This document shows positions 33,468 through 43,340 of a DNA stretch of 52,704 nucleotides, one piece after another (position 1 is the first letter of the stretch; each line of letters opens with the position of its first letter). The stretch covers positions 1-52,704 of the IMG/VR virus record IMGVR_UViG_3300046715_000106; one strand, 5' to 3'. Below the pieces are notes generated by a model. The model saw only the letters and a program-made list of their open reading frames with translations. It searched no databases and was not told the DNA's origin. The position numbers and the translations under genes are program-made. Source of the DNA: a virus (lineage: Duplodnaviria; Caudoviricetes).

Positions 33468-35042
33468 GTGGGCAAGACCCTCTTCGGCTCCCTCGGCCGA
33501 GCAGCCGCGACGTTCGCCAACCGCACCCCCGTACCCTTCGCCCCCACCACCGGCCGCGCCGGACTCGGCTCCGGACTCCTGCGCCCCGCCGGGCAGGAAG
33601 CCCAGATGCGCGCCATGGGCGGCAGCAGCACGCTGTACGCGATCGTCGACCGCATCACCACCACGTACGCCGGCGTCGAGTGGAAGCTGTACCGCAGCTC
33701 CTCGACTGGCCGTGACGAGGATCGTGTCGAGGTCACCCGGCACGCGGCGCTCGACTTGTGGAACAAGCCCAACGCGTTCATGACCGGGCCGTCGTTCCGT
33801 GAGTCGGCGCAGCAGCACGAGGAACTCACCGGCGAGCAGTGGTGGGTGATCGCCCGCCACGAGAACAGCACGATCCCGCTGGAACTGTGGCCGGTGCGCC
33901 CCGACCGCATCGAGCCCGTCCCGGACGCGGAGGAGTTCCTGCTCGGCTACCTGTACCGCGGCCCGTCCGGCGAGCGCGTGCCGCTCGGTGTCGACGACGT
34001 GATCAGCCTGCGCCGCCCCAATCCGCTGGACCCGTACCGCGGTATGGGTGTGGTGCAGACGATCCTCATGGACATCGACGCCACCCGCGCGAGCGCCGAG
34101 TGGAACGCAAACTTCTTCCGCAACTCGGCCGAGCCGGGCGGTGTCGTCGAGGTCGACCGACGTCTGGACGACGGCGAGTTCAACGAGTTCCGCGACCGGT
34201 GGGCCGAGCAGCACCGCGGCGTATCGAACGCGCACCGGGTGGCCGTGCTGGAGAACGGCCTCAAGTGGGTGGACCGCAAGTACTCGATGCGGGACATGCA
34301 GTTCACAGAGCTCCGCGGTGTGAATCGGGAGATCATCCGGGAGGCGTTCGGGTTCCCCAAGCCCATGCTCGGTGCGACCGACGACGTCAACCGGGCCAAC
34401 GCTGAGGCGGCCGCCTACGTGTTCGCCCGCTGGCTGATCCAACCCCGGCTGGAACGGATCCGCGAGATCCTCAACACGCGGCTCCTGCCCATGTACGGGA
34501 CCACAGGCAGCGGCCTGGAATTTGATTTCTGCAACCCCGTCCCCGAGGACAAGGAAGCAGACGCCCGCACCCTGCAACAGCGCGCCCTCGCGGCCGCGTC
34601 GCTGCACGGCGCGGGCTGGTTCTCCGCCGACATCCTCTCCGTGGTCGACCTCCCCGAGATGGGCTCCCGTGACCCGCAGGAGCAGCTCCTCGTCGACATC
34701 GTCCGCGGCGCCCCATCGACGGCGCCCGTCATCCTGCCGCTCCTCGGCTTCGACATCGCGCCCGGTGCGCTTGCCCCGGCCGCGTCGAACGCATGGCAGC
34801 CGCCGGCGTGGGCGGTCCCGGAGATCGAAGCGGCTCAACGCTGGGTCGTGAAGATCGTCGACGACGGCGACACCTGCCACAACTGCCGCGAGCAGGACGG
34901 CCGCACCTACAAGAACCGGCAGCAGGCGTACGAGGACTATCCGGGCGGCGAGGGCTACGTGCGCTGCGAGGGCGTGGCGTACGGCAACGCCTGCCGCTGC
35001 AAGGTCGTCAAGCGAGGCCGTAAGGGCGGTGACGGCGAATGA
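33468..35042 (+). CDS. Portal protein (HK97 family) with Cys-rich C-terminal extension
   Basis: LWPVRPDRI, PNPLDPYRGMG, FFRNSAEPGG, DMQFTE, EAFGFP motifs. Confidence 0.93.
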   Translation: MGKTLFGSLGRAAATFANRTPVPFAPTTGRAGLGSGLLRPAGQEAQMRAMGGSSTLYAIVDRITTTYAGVEWKLYRSSSTGRDEDRVEVTRHAALDLWNKPNAFMTGPSFRESAQQHEELTGEQWWVIARHENSTIPLELWPVRPDRIEPVPDAEEFLLGYLYRGPSGERVPLGVDDVISLRRPNPLDPYRGMGVVQTILMDIDATRASAEWNANFFRNSAEPGGVVEVDRRLDDGEFNEFRDRWAEQHRGVSNAHRVAVLENGLKWVDRKYSMRDMQFTELRGVNREIIREAFGFPKPMLGATDDVNRANAEAAAYVFARWLIQPRLERIREILNTRLLPMYGTTGSGLEFDFCNPVPEDKEADARTLQQRALAAASLHGAGWFSADILSVVDLPEMGSRDPQEQLLVDIVRGAPSTAPVILPLLGFDIAPGALAPAASNAWQPPAWAVPEIEAAQRWVVKIVDDGDTCHNCREQDGRTYKNRQQAYEDYPGGEGYVRCEGVAYGNACRCKVVKRGRKGGDGE

Positions 35043-35103
35043 GCATCGTCACGTTCACGCCCCAACTCGCCTGCTCCGCACGGGTATTGACCTGCGGAAA
35101 CGA

Positions 35104-35180
35104 TAGAATCAGCAGCAACAGAGGACCCCGGCGAGTGCTGGTAACACTCCCGGGGCGCGGCCGATCTGAGATGGAGATCG
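35104..35180 (+). promoter_or_regulatory. Internal -10 box and two leader hairpins upstream of the HNH gene
   Basis: TAGAAT; CCCCGG-c-GAGTG-N7-CACTC-CCGGGG; CGATCT/AGATCG stem over the GGAG RBS. Confidence 0.55.
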
Positions 35181-35182
35181 AC

Positions 35183-36046
35183 ATGACTGAGGTTACCCCT
35201 GCCTGCGCGAAAGCGACCGCCAAGTTCCCTCAGGGGCGCACGGGCACCCCTGCCGGATATGCGGCGCACCGGAAGCTGAGCGAGATGGCATGCGAGGCGT
35301 GCCTCGCCGCTTGGACATTGAAGTGTGTTGAGCAGAAGCGGAACGCCGCGCCGGAAGACCGGAAGCGCTGGAACAAGGCAGCCAAGGCGGCCGAGAAGCT
35401 CCGAAGGGCTGAGCGTCGGGCGTGTGTACCAGGCGGCCAGGAGGGGACTGAAGCGGGCTACGCCGCACACATGGCGACGGGGCAATACCCCTGCAAGGCG
35501 TGTAAGGAAGCGGTGCTGATTCCTGGAGCCGCTTGCGCTCGGCCGACGCTTGGACTCCCCGAAGGGCGCACCGGGACGACGGCCGGGTACCAGGCGCATC
35601 GGGACGCCAGTGAGGTTGCATGCCGAGCGTGCATGGACGCGTTTTCGGCCAAGACCATCTCGCGGCGGCGCAACCTCCCGCCTGAGGCGCTGGAGGCCTA
35701 CCGCCGGGGGAACACCGAGGCGTCCAGGCGCCGCAGGGAGCAGAATCCCGAGGCAGTTCGGGCCGCGAAGCACAGGCTGCTGGCCAAGACCCGCGCCGCT
35801 GTCCATGCGGCAAAGAGCAGGCCGTGCGCCGACTGCGGCACCCAGTACCCGTACTACGTCATGGAGTTCGATCACCTCGATGCGAGCTCGAAGGAGTTCA
35901 ACGTCAGCGCGGGCGTCACGAGCGTGAGCTACGAGCGGCTCCTCGCCGAGATCGCCAAGTGCGAAGTGGTGTGCGCCAACTGCCATGCCGAGCGCACACA
36001 CCAGCGGAAGCAGACCCGGAAGGGGGCGCAGGTTGATGCCGTTTGA
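35183..36046 (+). CDS. HNH endonuclease with three N-terminal zinc-like repeats
   Basis: CADC...MEFDH...CEVVCANCHAERT; three GTxAGYxAH...CxAC repeats. Confidence 0.85.
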   Translation: MTEVTPACAKATAKFPQGRTGTPAGYAAHRKLSEMACEACLAAWTLKCVEQKRNAAPEDRKRWNKAAKAAEKLRRAERRACVPGGQEGTEAGYAAHMATGQYPCKACKEAVLIPGAACARPTLGLPEGRTGTTAGYQAHRDASEVACRACMDAFSAKTISRRRNLPPEALEAYRRGNTEASRRRREQNPEAVRAAKHRLLAKTRAAVHAAKSRPCADCGTQYPYYVMEFDHLDASSKEFNVSAGVTSVSYERLLAEIAKCEVVCANCHAERTHQRKQTRKGAQVDAV

Positions 36047-37088
36047 CCCGTCGAAGGTCCGGGCTCGTCTCGCGCCCAAGACCGACTGGTACCGCATCGA
36101 GAACCTCGTTAGCGGCGAGGTCGACGTCATGCTGTACGGAGAGATCGGCTGGCTCGGAACGACCGCCGACGACTTCGTGCGCGACCTCAAGGGCCTCAAC
36201 GCCTCACAGATCAATCTGCACCTGTCCTCGCCAGGCGGAAGTGTGTTCGACGGGATCGCGATCATGAACGCGCTCCGGGCTCACCAGGCTGACGTCACGG
36301 TTTACGTCGACTCGCTGGCCGCGTCGATCGCGTCCGTCATCGCCATGGCCGGGGACCGCGTCGTGGCAATGCCTGCTTCTGAATTCATGATCCACGAAGC
36401 CAGTGGATTGTGTGTCGGGGGGGCCTCGGACCTTCGCGAGCTGGCTGACCTGCTGGACCGCCAGTCCGACAAGATCGCCGGTATCTATGCCGAGCGTGCT
36501 GGCGGGACCGTCGAGGAGTGGCGGGCCGCGATGGAGCGGGAGACCTGGTACAGCGCTGAGGAAGCCGTCGCGGCCGGGCTCGCGGATGAGGTTGCCGAGC
36601 TGCCCCGCAAGGGCGCCGACACCCGCCAGGAAGAGGCCGTGGCCGCACGCGCCGAGTGGGACCTGTCCGTGTTCCAGTACGCCGGACGCGAGCAGGCGCC
36701 CGCTCCGGTGCTGGCAGCCAAGCCTGAGACGCCGAAGCCCGCACCGCCGGCCCCGCGCGCGGAGGGCGAGCCGACGCTCACGATCGCTCTCGCGGATCTC
36801 CTCGACGAGGACACCGTGGCCCGGCTGCGCGCCGCGGTGCAGCCCCCGGCCGCCGAACCCGAAGCCGTTGTCGACCCGGAGCCTGTGGCCGAGCCCGAAG
36901 TCCCGGCCGAGCCTGTGGCCACGGCCGAACCCACCGAACCCGCGGAGCCCGGCACCCAGCCGGACAACGCCGACGACTGGACGGCCATGGTCGCCAGCCT
37001 CATCCCCGACGACGACGACGACACCTGGTCGGCGCTCGTCTCCAACCTGATCGAGCCCGATGCGTCGTCCAGCGCGGCGACGGCCTGA
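36036..37088 (+). CDS. ClpP-like head maturation protease
   Basis: SPGGSVFDG, AASIASVIAMAG, FMIH, ETWY. Confidence 0.93.
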   Translation: MPFDPSKVRARLAPKTDWYRIENLVSGEVDVMLYGEIGWLGTTADDFVRDLKGLNASQINLHLSSPGGSVFDGIAIMNALRAHQADVTVYVDSLAASIASVIAMAGDRVVAMPASEFMIHEASGLCVGGASDLRELADLLDRQSDKIAGIYAERAGGTVEEWRAAMERETWYSAEEAVAAGLADEVAELPRKGADTRQEEAVAARAEWDLSVFQYAGREQAPAPVLAAKPETPKPAPPAPRAEGEPTLTIALADLLDEDTVARLRAAVQPPAAEPEAVVDPEPVAEPEVPAEPVATAEPTEPAEPGTQPDNADDWTAMVASLIPDDDDDTWSALVSNLIEPDASSSAATA

Positions 37089-37099
37089 AGGAGGCAACA

Positions 37100-38452
37100 G
37101 TGGCACCCACGATGACCATCCCGCGCAACGCCGACGAGCTCGCGGAGATGCTCGCCGACGGCGCGAAGCTGAAGGAGGTCATGGCCTCCCGCGAGTCCCT
37201 GACCGAGTTCATCACCGCCTACGGCAACGCTCTGCAGGGTGAGGGCACCGACCTGAACCGCATGGTGGCCGAGGAGACTCAGCGGGTGTTCGCGCAGATG
37301 ATGCGCGAGAACGGCATGTCCGATACGAAGGACGGCATCAAGCGTCTCGACCTGGACCCGCAGGCGAAGCGCGGTGGGATGCTCACCTCGCACCGACAGG
37401 GCACCGCCCACAACGCCTCGGCCCCGGGCGCGGCGGTCGACAAGCACTTCGCGAACGCCATCGAGTACGTGCAGCAGATCTGGCACAAGAACGTGAACGC
37501 GGACGCGGAGAAGCTCGGCGCGCTCCGCAACGCGGCGGGCAGCGTCAGCCCGGCTGACGGCGGGTTCCTGGTCCCTGAGACCCTCCGGTCGCAGCTGCTT
37601 CAGCTCGCACTGGAGAAGGCGGTCGTCCGGCCGCTCGCGACGGTCGTCCCCATGGACAGTGCCCGCGTCCCGTTCCCGATGATCGACACCACCACCAACG
37701 CCGGGTCGGTGTTCGGCGGCATGGTCGCCTACTGGGGTGAGGAAGGTGCCCTCCTCCAGGACTCCAACCCGAAGTTCGGCCGCGTCGAACTCGACGCGAA
37801 GAAGCTCACCGGCCTGTCCGCCGTCCCGAACGAGCTGCTCCAGGACTCCATCGTCTCCTTCTCAGCGCTGATCGAGACGCTGTGGCCGACCGCCCTCGCG
37901 TTCGAGGAGGACAACAAGTTCCAGACCGGCAGCGGTACGGGCGAGCCCCTCGGGTTCCGCGGTGCCGGCAACTCGGCCGCCGTGACGGTGACTCGCACCA
38001 CCGCCAGCAAGATCCAGTACGTGGACGTCATCGCCATGTACGCCCGCATGCTGCCCTCGTCGCTGTCCAACGCGGTGTGGATGTGCTCGCCGGACGCACT
38101 GCCGCAGCTCCTTCAGCTGTCCCTCACCGTCGGCACCGGCGGCAACTCGGTGTTCGTCGTCAACGCCGCAGCCGGGATGCCGATGTCCATCTTCGGCCGC
38201 CCGCTGATCATCACCGAGAAGGGCGGCATCCTCGGCGCCCGCGGCGACCTCGCGTTCGTCGACCTCTCGTACTACTTGGTGGGCGACCGGCAGGTCATGA
38301 CCGCCGACTCCTCGACGGACTACAACTTCGGCACCGACAAGACGACGTTCCGGATCATCCAGCGCGTCGACGGCCGCCCGTGGATCCAGTCGGCGATCAC
38401 CCCGGCCAACGGTTCGACGGCCACGCTCTCCCCGTTCGTCGAGCTCCTGTAA
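37100..38452 (+). CDS. Major capsid protein (HK97 fold)
   Basis: DGGFLVPE, GTGEPLG, RVDGRP; position after protease. Confidence 0.93.
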   Translation: MAPTMTIPRNADELAEMLADGAKLKEVMASRESLTEFITAYGNALQGEGTDLNRMVAEETQRVFAQMMRENGMSDTKDGIKRLDLDPQAKRGGMLTSHRQGTAHNASAPGAAVDKHFANAIEYVQQIWHKNVNADAEKLGALRNAAGSVSPADGGFLVPETLRSQLLQLALEKAVVRPLATVVPMDSARVPFPMIDTTTNAGSVFGGMVAYWGEEGALLQDSNPKFGRVELDAKKLTGLSAVPNELLQDSIVSFSALIETLWPTALAFEEDNKFQTGSGTGEPLGFRGAGNSAAVTVTRTTASKIQYVDVIAMYARMLPSSLSNAVWMCSPDALPQLLQLSLTVGTGGNSVFVVNAAAGMPMSIFGRPLIITEKGGILGARGDLAFVDLSYYLVGDRQVMTADSSTDYNFGTDKTTFRIIQRVDGRPWIQSAITPANGSTATLSPFVELL

Positions 38453-38548
38453 CACCCCTGGCCGCCGCCGGCATTCACACCCCGGCGGCGGCTACCACCA
38501 ACCCGGCAGTGTCGCCCCGGCGCGGCCCCCAGACGGAAGGAACACTCG

Positions 38549-38989
38549 ATGTCTCAGAAGGCACTCGGCAGGCTCTTCAACACCACCCCCGCCGCGGATG
38601 GCGTGTGGATCGCCCTCAAGGGCGCCGCGGCGGGCGTCACGTTCTCCTGCTACCTGGCGGGCGCGGTCGGCGACACGTACACGCTTCAGGAGGCGAAGGA
38701 CTCCGCAGGCACCGGCGCGCAGAACCTCCTTGCGATCACGGAGCGGTACACCTGCACCGGCAACGGCACGGACGCGTGGACCCGGACGCCGCAGACTGCG
38801 GCCGCAACCGTCGTGACCACGGCCACTGCCGCGCAGAACGCCATGGTGTGCGAGGTCGAAGGCACCAGCCTCTCCGACACCTACAAGTACGTGAAGCTCA
38901 CCAGCACGGGCGCGGGCACGGTGAACGCGATCACCCGTGACCTGGGAGCGATGCGCGCCCCGCAGAACCTGCCCGCGACGGGCGCCTGA
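38549..38989 (+). CDS. Putative head decoration/accessory protein
   Basis: Beta-rich Thr/Ala protein after the capsid gene. Confidence 0.55.
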   Translation: MSQKALGRLFNTTPAADGVWIALKGAAAGVTFSCYLAGAVGDTYTLQEAKDSAGTGAQNLLAITERYTCTGNGTDAWTRTPQTAAATVVTTATAAQNAMVCEVEGTSLSDTYKYVKLTSTGAGTVNAITRDLGAMRAPQNLPATGA

Positions 38990-39369
38990 TGGCTGTGTGG
39001 ACGTGCGCCGACTGCACCACCGACTACGCGGTGGGTGCCCCCGAGTGCCCGCAGTGCGGGTCGGTGGTGCGGATCGACGAGAGGCCCCGGCCGAAGGAGG
39101 AGGGCAACGACATGCCGAAGATCACCGTGCACGGCGGCCCCAGCAACGCGGCCGCCAGCGAGGGGAGTGAGGACGTATCAGCTGGTACGAGCTCCTCGAC
39201 ATCCTCCGAGAAGGAGCTGAGCTCCACCGAGCCGAGCGAGCAGCCCCGCCCGTCGCGTGCCCGCGGGACGGCGAACCGCTCGAAGCAGGCCCGGAAGGCA
39301 GCGGGATCCTCCACTGCCGAAGCGACGGATACCAGTGGCCCCGAGACGGCCGCTGCTGACGAGTCCTGA
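38989..39369 (+). CDS. Zinc-ribbon protein with disordered tail
   Basis: CADC...CPQCG. Confidence 0.6.
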   Translation: MAVWTCADCTTDYAVGAPECPQCGSVVRIDERPRPKEEGNDMPKITVHGGPSNAAASEGSEDVSAGTSSSTSSEKELSSTEPSEQPRPSRARGTANRSKQARKAAGSSTAEATDTSGPETAAADES

Positions 39370-39409
39370 CCCCGCCCCGACTACGCACACCGAGAGGAGG
39401 TGACGAGAG

Positions 39410-40468
39410 ATGACGACACCCTGGTACGCGACCCGCGAGGAGATCAAGGCCGAGCTGGACGTGAAGGAGACCGCGCGCAGCAACGCCCGGATCGACCGCG
39501 CGCTGGCCGACGCGACCGAGGCCGTCGAGGGCCTGACGCACCGCGTGTTCTACCCGGTGCAAGACACCCGCAAGATGGACTGGCCGCCCCGGGCCGGGGC
39601 CACGCCGTGGATCCTGCGCCTCGACGCGAACGAACTCATCTCCGTCACCTCCCTCACCTCCGGCGGCGTGGCCATCGCCGCAGCCGACTACCTGCTGCGG
39701 CGCGCCGACGATCGCAGCGAACCCCCGTACACGCGCATCGAGATCAACCTCGGCTCCAACGCCAGCTTCGGCGGCGGCGACACCTACCAGCAGGACATCA
39801 CCGTCACCGGCCTGTTCGGCTACCGCAACGACGAGACTGCCGCGGGCACCCTCGCCGCGCAGGTCGCGACCGCGGGCGCCACCACCATCACCGTCGACGG
39901 CCCCGCGGGCGCCGCGCTCGGTATCGGCTCGCTGCTGCGCATCGACAACGAGCGGATGATCGTCACCGGCCGAGCGATGCTCGACACCGGGCAGGGCTTC
40001 GGCGACTCGATGACCGCCACCAACAACGACGTGGCCATCGGCGCGGCCAACGGCACAGCGTACGCCGTCGGCGAGGTAATCCTCCGAGATTCCGAGCGGA
40101 TGCTGATCACTGAGATTGCAGGCAACACGCTCACGGTGACCCGTGCGTGGGACGGCTCCGTGCTCGCCGTCCACACCGACTCGGCGATCTACGCCCCCCG
40201 CGTCCTCACCGTCACGCGCGGCGCGCTCGGCACCACGGCCGCCACCCACAGCAACGGGGCGAGCGTGGCCCGCTGGGATGCGCCCGGCAGCGTCCGGCAG
40301 CTGTGCATTGCCGAGGCCCTTACTGATCTGTTGCAGGGCCGCTCCGGTTACGCACGCACCGCCGGGTCTGGGGAGAACGAGCGGGAGACGTCCGGGAAGG
40401 GCCTCGCTGACCTGCGGGCCCGCGTGTACACCAGCCACGGCCGCAAGGCCCGGACGAGGGCGGTCTAG
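39410..40468 (+). CDS. Head-tail adaptor with inserted beta domains
   Basis: YATREEIKAEL...ALADATEAVEG N-terminus; ITVTGLFGY; PGSVRQLC. Confidence 0.7.
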   Translation: MTTPWYATREEIKAELDVKETARSNARIDRALADATEAVEGLTHRVFYPVQDTRKMDWPPRAGATPWILRLDANELISVTSLTSGGVAIAAADYLLRRADDRSEPPYTRIEINLGSNASFGGGDTYQQDITVTGLFGYRNDETAAGTLAAQVATAGATTITVDGPAGAALGIGSLLRIDNERMIVTGRAMLDTGQGFGDSMTATNNDVAIGAANGTAYAVGEVILRDSERMLITEIAGNTLTVTRAWDGSVLAVHTDSAIYAPRVLTVTRGALGTTAATHSNGASVARWDAPGSVRQLCIAEALTDLLQGRSGYARTAGSGENERETSGKGLADLRARVYTSHGRKARTRAV

Positions 40469-40470
40469 TC

Positions 40471-40845
40471 ATGCGCCTCGACGTGTCCACCAGCAGCCGC
40501 GGCCCCCTCTTCGACGGCCGGGCCCGCGCCGCAGCCAACGCCTACGTCAACCGGCTCGAACGCGACCTCGCCGAAGAGGGCCTCAACATCCTCCGCGGCG
40601 AGATGCACCGCGTGTTCCGCAACCCGACGGGCTACTACGAGTCCCGTTGCAAGGTCGTCGACGGCCACACCATCTCGGACAGCCGTGTCGTCTACGGGCC
40701 GTGGCTCGCAGGGATCGGCTCCCGAAACTTCCCCGCGACCAAGTTCAAGGGCTATGACCACTGGATCGTGACGCGGGACAAGCTCAACGCCCGCAAGCGC
40801 GGTATCGGTGAGCGACTCCTGCGCCGCTACACAGGCAGGATGTGA
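40471..40845 (+). CDS. Neck protein (HK97 gp10-like)
   Basis: Basic protein, PTGYY, YGPWL; position. Confidence 0.55.
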   Translation: MRLDVSTSSRGPLFDGRARAAANAYVNRLERDLAEEGLNILRGEMHRVFRNPTGYYESRCKVVDGHTISDSRVVYGPWLAGIGSRNFPATKFKGYDHWIVTRDKLNARKRGIGERLLRRYTGRM

Positions 40846-41309
40846 GCGCCGTGGCCCTCGATCTCCTCGCCTACCGCAGCGCGGCCCTGTCGCACGCACA
40901 GGGCCTCGGCCTGTTCGAGCAAGTCCTCGGCCACGAGCCCGTATCCGCGCCCGGCTCCGGGCTGGTCTACGCGATGTGGGTCACGGACATCGCGCCGATC
41001 CCGGCCCGCTCCGGCCTGGCGTCCGTGTCGGTGCGGCTGGAGCTGACCGGCCGGATCCTCATGCCCGCGGACACGGAGCCGCAGGACGGCATCGACATCG
41101 CCGTGACGGGCGCGGTCGACGGCCTCATGCAGGCGTACAGCGGTGACTTCGACCTCGGCGGGACGGTTGCGAACGTCGACCTCCTCGGCATGCACGGCGC
41201 CGGCCTGCGGGCGCGGTTCGGGTTCACCCGCTTCGACAGCACGACTTACCGGGTGGCCACGCTCACTATCCCGCTTGTGATCAACGATGCATGGAATGAG
41301 GTGGCGTAG
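40842..41309 (+). CDS. Tail terminator
   Basis: Size and position; DFDLGGTV. Confidence 0.6.
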   Translation: MSAVALDLLAYRSAALSHAQGLGLFEQVLGHEPVSAPGSGLVYAMWVTDIAPIPARSGLASVSVRLELTGRILMPADTEPQDGIDIAVTGAVDGLMQAYSGDFDLGGTVANVDLLGMHGAGLRARFGFTRFDSTTYRVATLTIPLVINDAWNEVA

Positions 41310-42062
41310 GTGGCCAAGTCGGGCGGTCTTGGAGACGCGCTCTTCATCGCCGGGTTCAACAGCAGCGGTGACATTCAGCAGCTCGGGCGGATTGGCGGCG
41401 GGCCTGCGCTGCTCAACTTCACGGGCATCGACAAGAGCGCCTTTGAGCGGCAAGGCGGCCTCCGCGACGGCGCCATCGAGTACACGGCGTTCTTCAACCA
41501 CGTCGCGGCGGGTGTCGGTACGCATGAGCGGTTGTCGGCGCTGCCGCGTACGGACCAGATCGTCACGTACTGCCGGGGTACGACCATCGGGGATCCGGCG
41601 GCGTCGCTGGTGTCGAAGCAGATCAACTACGACCCGAACCGCGGCGACGACGGCATGTTCACCTTCGGCGTCAGCGCGCAGGCGAACGGCTTCGGGTTGG
41701 AGTGGGGGCAGCAGCTCACCGCGGGGATGCGTACGGACACTGCGGCAACGAACGGGACCGGGCTCGACACTCTCGCGTCGGCCGCGTTCGGCGGGCAGGC
41801 ATATCTCCAGGTGTCGGCGTTCACGGGCACGGACGTGACGGTGAAGGTCCAGGACAGCGCGGACAACATCACGTTCGCGGACGTCGCCGGCTTCAACTTC
41901 ACGCAGATCACCGCCGGGGCCCCGCTCGCGGAGCGGATCGCCCTGTCGAACACGGCCACCCTGCGCCGCTACCTGCGGGCGACCACGGTCACGACGGCCG
42001 GGTTCAGCGCGCTCACCTTCTCCGTCAACGTGATCAAGAACGAGACGACGGTGACCTTCTGA
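41310..42062 (+). CDS. Tail tube-like protein 1 with extra C-terminal domain
   Basis: MAKSGGLG...TGIDKSAFER..GLRDG. Confidence 0.6.
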   Translation: MAKSGGLGDALFIAGFNSSGDIQQLGRIGGGPALLNFTGIDKSAFERQGGLRDGAIEYTAFFNHVAAGVGTHERLSALPRTDQIVTYCRGTTIGDPAASLVSKQINYDPNRGDDGMFTFGVSAQANGFGLEWGQQLTAGMRTDTAATNGTGLDTLASAAFGGQAYLQVSAFTGTDVTVKVQDSADNITFADVAGFNFTQITAGAPLAERIALSNTATLRRYLRATTVTTAGFSALTFSVNVIKNETTVTF

Positions 42063-42511
42063 TGGGCGCCCAACTGTCCAGGATCCAGCCCCTCATGGGC
42101 GCGGAGTCGTACAAGACGTACGAGGTGCGGTCGCCGTTGTCGACGCACTTCCGGAAGGCGACTTGCGTCGAGGCCGGGTGCGAGCACTACCGCCTCGGCT
42201 GGCAGACCCGCGTCGAGGGACTTCCCCCGGAGATGCTGCACGCCGCGAAGACGTCCGGCCGGAAGTACACGGAGCAGCGGATCGCCGAGGGCGAGACCTA
42301 CCTCGTGTTCGAGGCCGGGCAGCCCTGTTTCCGGGCGTCACAGCACCGGATGCGCATCAACGACCGGCCGCCGCTGTACGTCGTCCGGGACGGCGACTTC
42401 CGCGGGAACCCGCGCGGCACGAAAGCCCGGCTCCACCAGAACCCGGGCGACTGGGTGGACGACTTCGCCGAGCACCAGCAGGCGATTGCAGACGAAATCG
42501 AGAAGGGGTGA
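42062..42511 (+). CDS. Hypothetical protein in tail module
   Basis: Cys/His motifs; coupled. Confidence 0.65.
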   Translation: MGAQLSRIQPLMGAESYKTYEVRSPLSTHFRKATCVEAGCEHYRLGWQTRVEGLPPEMLHAAKTSGRKYTEQRIAEGETYLVFEAGQPCFRASQHRMRINDRPPLYVVRDGDFRGNPRGTKARLHQNPGDWVDDFAEHQQAIADEIEKG

Positions 42512-42517
42512 TTGGCC

Positions 42518-42919
42518 ATGGCGAAGACCTCCGGCCTCGGCCAGACAGTACTGTCGGTGGACACCAGCGCAGGGACGCCGACGGACATCCGTAACGATGT
42601 CACCAACTGGCAGATGTCCACGCCGCGCGGCGTGCAGGACACCACGGGCGTCGACAAGAGCGCGAACGAGCGGCTGCTCCTCCTCGCGGACATGAGCGCC
42701 ACCTACAACGGCGTGAACAACGCGGTCGGGGCCCACCTCGTGTTCCGCACCGTGTCGTCCACCAGCGTGGCTCGGACCTGCACGAACACCGTCAACGGCG
42801 TCACCCTCGCGGCCGAACTCCTGTTCTCCGACTACCAGCTGACCCGCTCCGACTCGGGCGAGCTCACCTGGTCCGCGCCCGGCTCGCTGGCCGACGGCAC
42901 CGTCCCCACCTGGGCCTGA
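42518..42919 (+). CDS. Major tail (tube) protein
   Basis: MAKTSGLG...TGVDKSANER; immediately upstream of the chaperone. Confidence 0.65.
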   Translation: MAKTSGLGQTVLSVDTSAGTPTDIRNDVTNWQMSTPRGVQDTTGVDKSANERLLLLADMSATYNGVNNAVGAHLVFRTVSSTSVARTCTNTVNGVTLAAELLFSDYQLTRSDSGELTWSAPGSLADGTVPTWA

Positions 42920-42932
42920 GAGGCACACACCC

Positions 42933-43340
42933 ATGGGCTACAAGGCCAAGCTGAAGACCTACCTCGTCCGCTTCGACGAGGGCCACGAGTTCCACGGCGC
43001 AGAGGCCCGCCTCAGCGGCATGACCTACGGCGAATGGGAAGTCGCCGCCGGACTCGACGGAGGCGACGGCGACACCAACGGCGCCGCCTCCGTACGACGA
43101 TTCGTCGACCACCTCATCTCCTGGAACATCGAAGAAGAGGACGGCAAGCCACTGCCGACCACGATGGACGCGGTCAAGACCATCGACCACGACCTCGTCA
43201 CCGCGCTGAACAACGCGTGGATCCGGACGCTGATCGGGGTGCATGACGCTGACCCTTTGCCGGAGAGCTCGCCCTCTGGCGAGCCGTCCCTGGTGGAGTC
43301 CGTTCCGATGGAAGCACTGTCGGAGAGCCTGGCGAGCTGA
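42933..43340 (+). CDS. Tail assembly chaperone (G)
   Basis: Position before tape measure; LISWNIEEEDGKPLP. Confidence 0.8.
   Translation: MGYKAKLKTYLVRFDEGHEFHGAEARLSGMTYGEWEVAAGLDGGDGDTNGAASVRRFVDHLISWNIEEEDGKPLPTTMDAVKTIDHDLVTALNNAWIRTLIGVHDADPLPESSPSGEPSLVESVPMEALSESLAS

Noticed and set aside
35039-36046. Group I intron or intein around the HNH gene
   Set aside because: No intron core or intein splice motifs recognised, too little non-coding space, and the protease has its own start.
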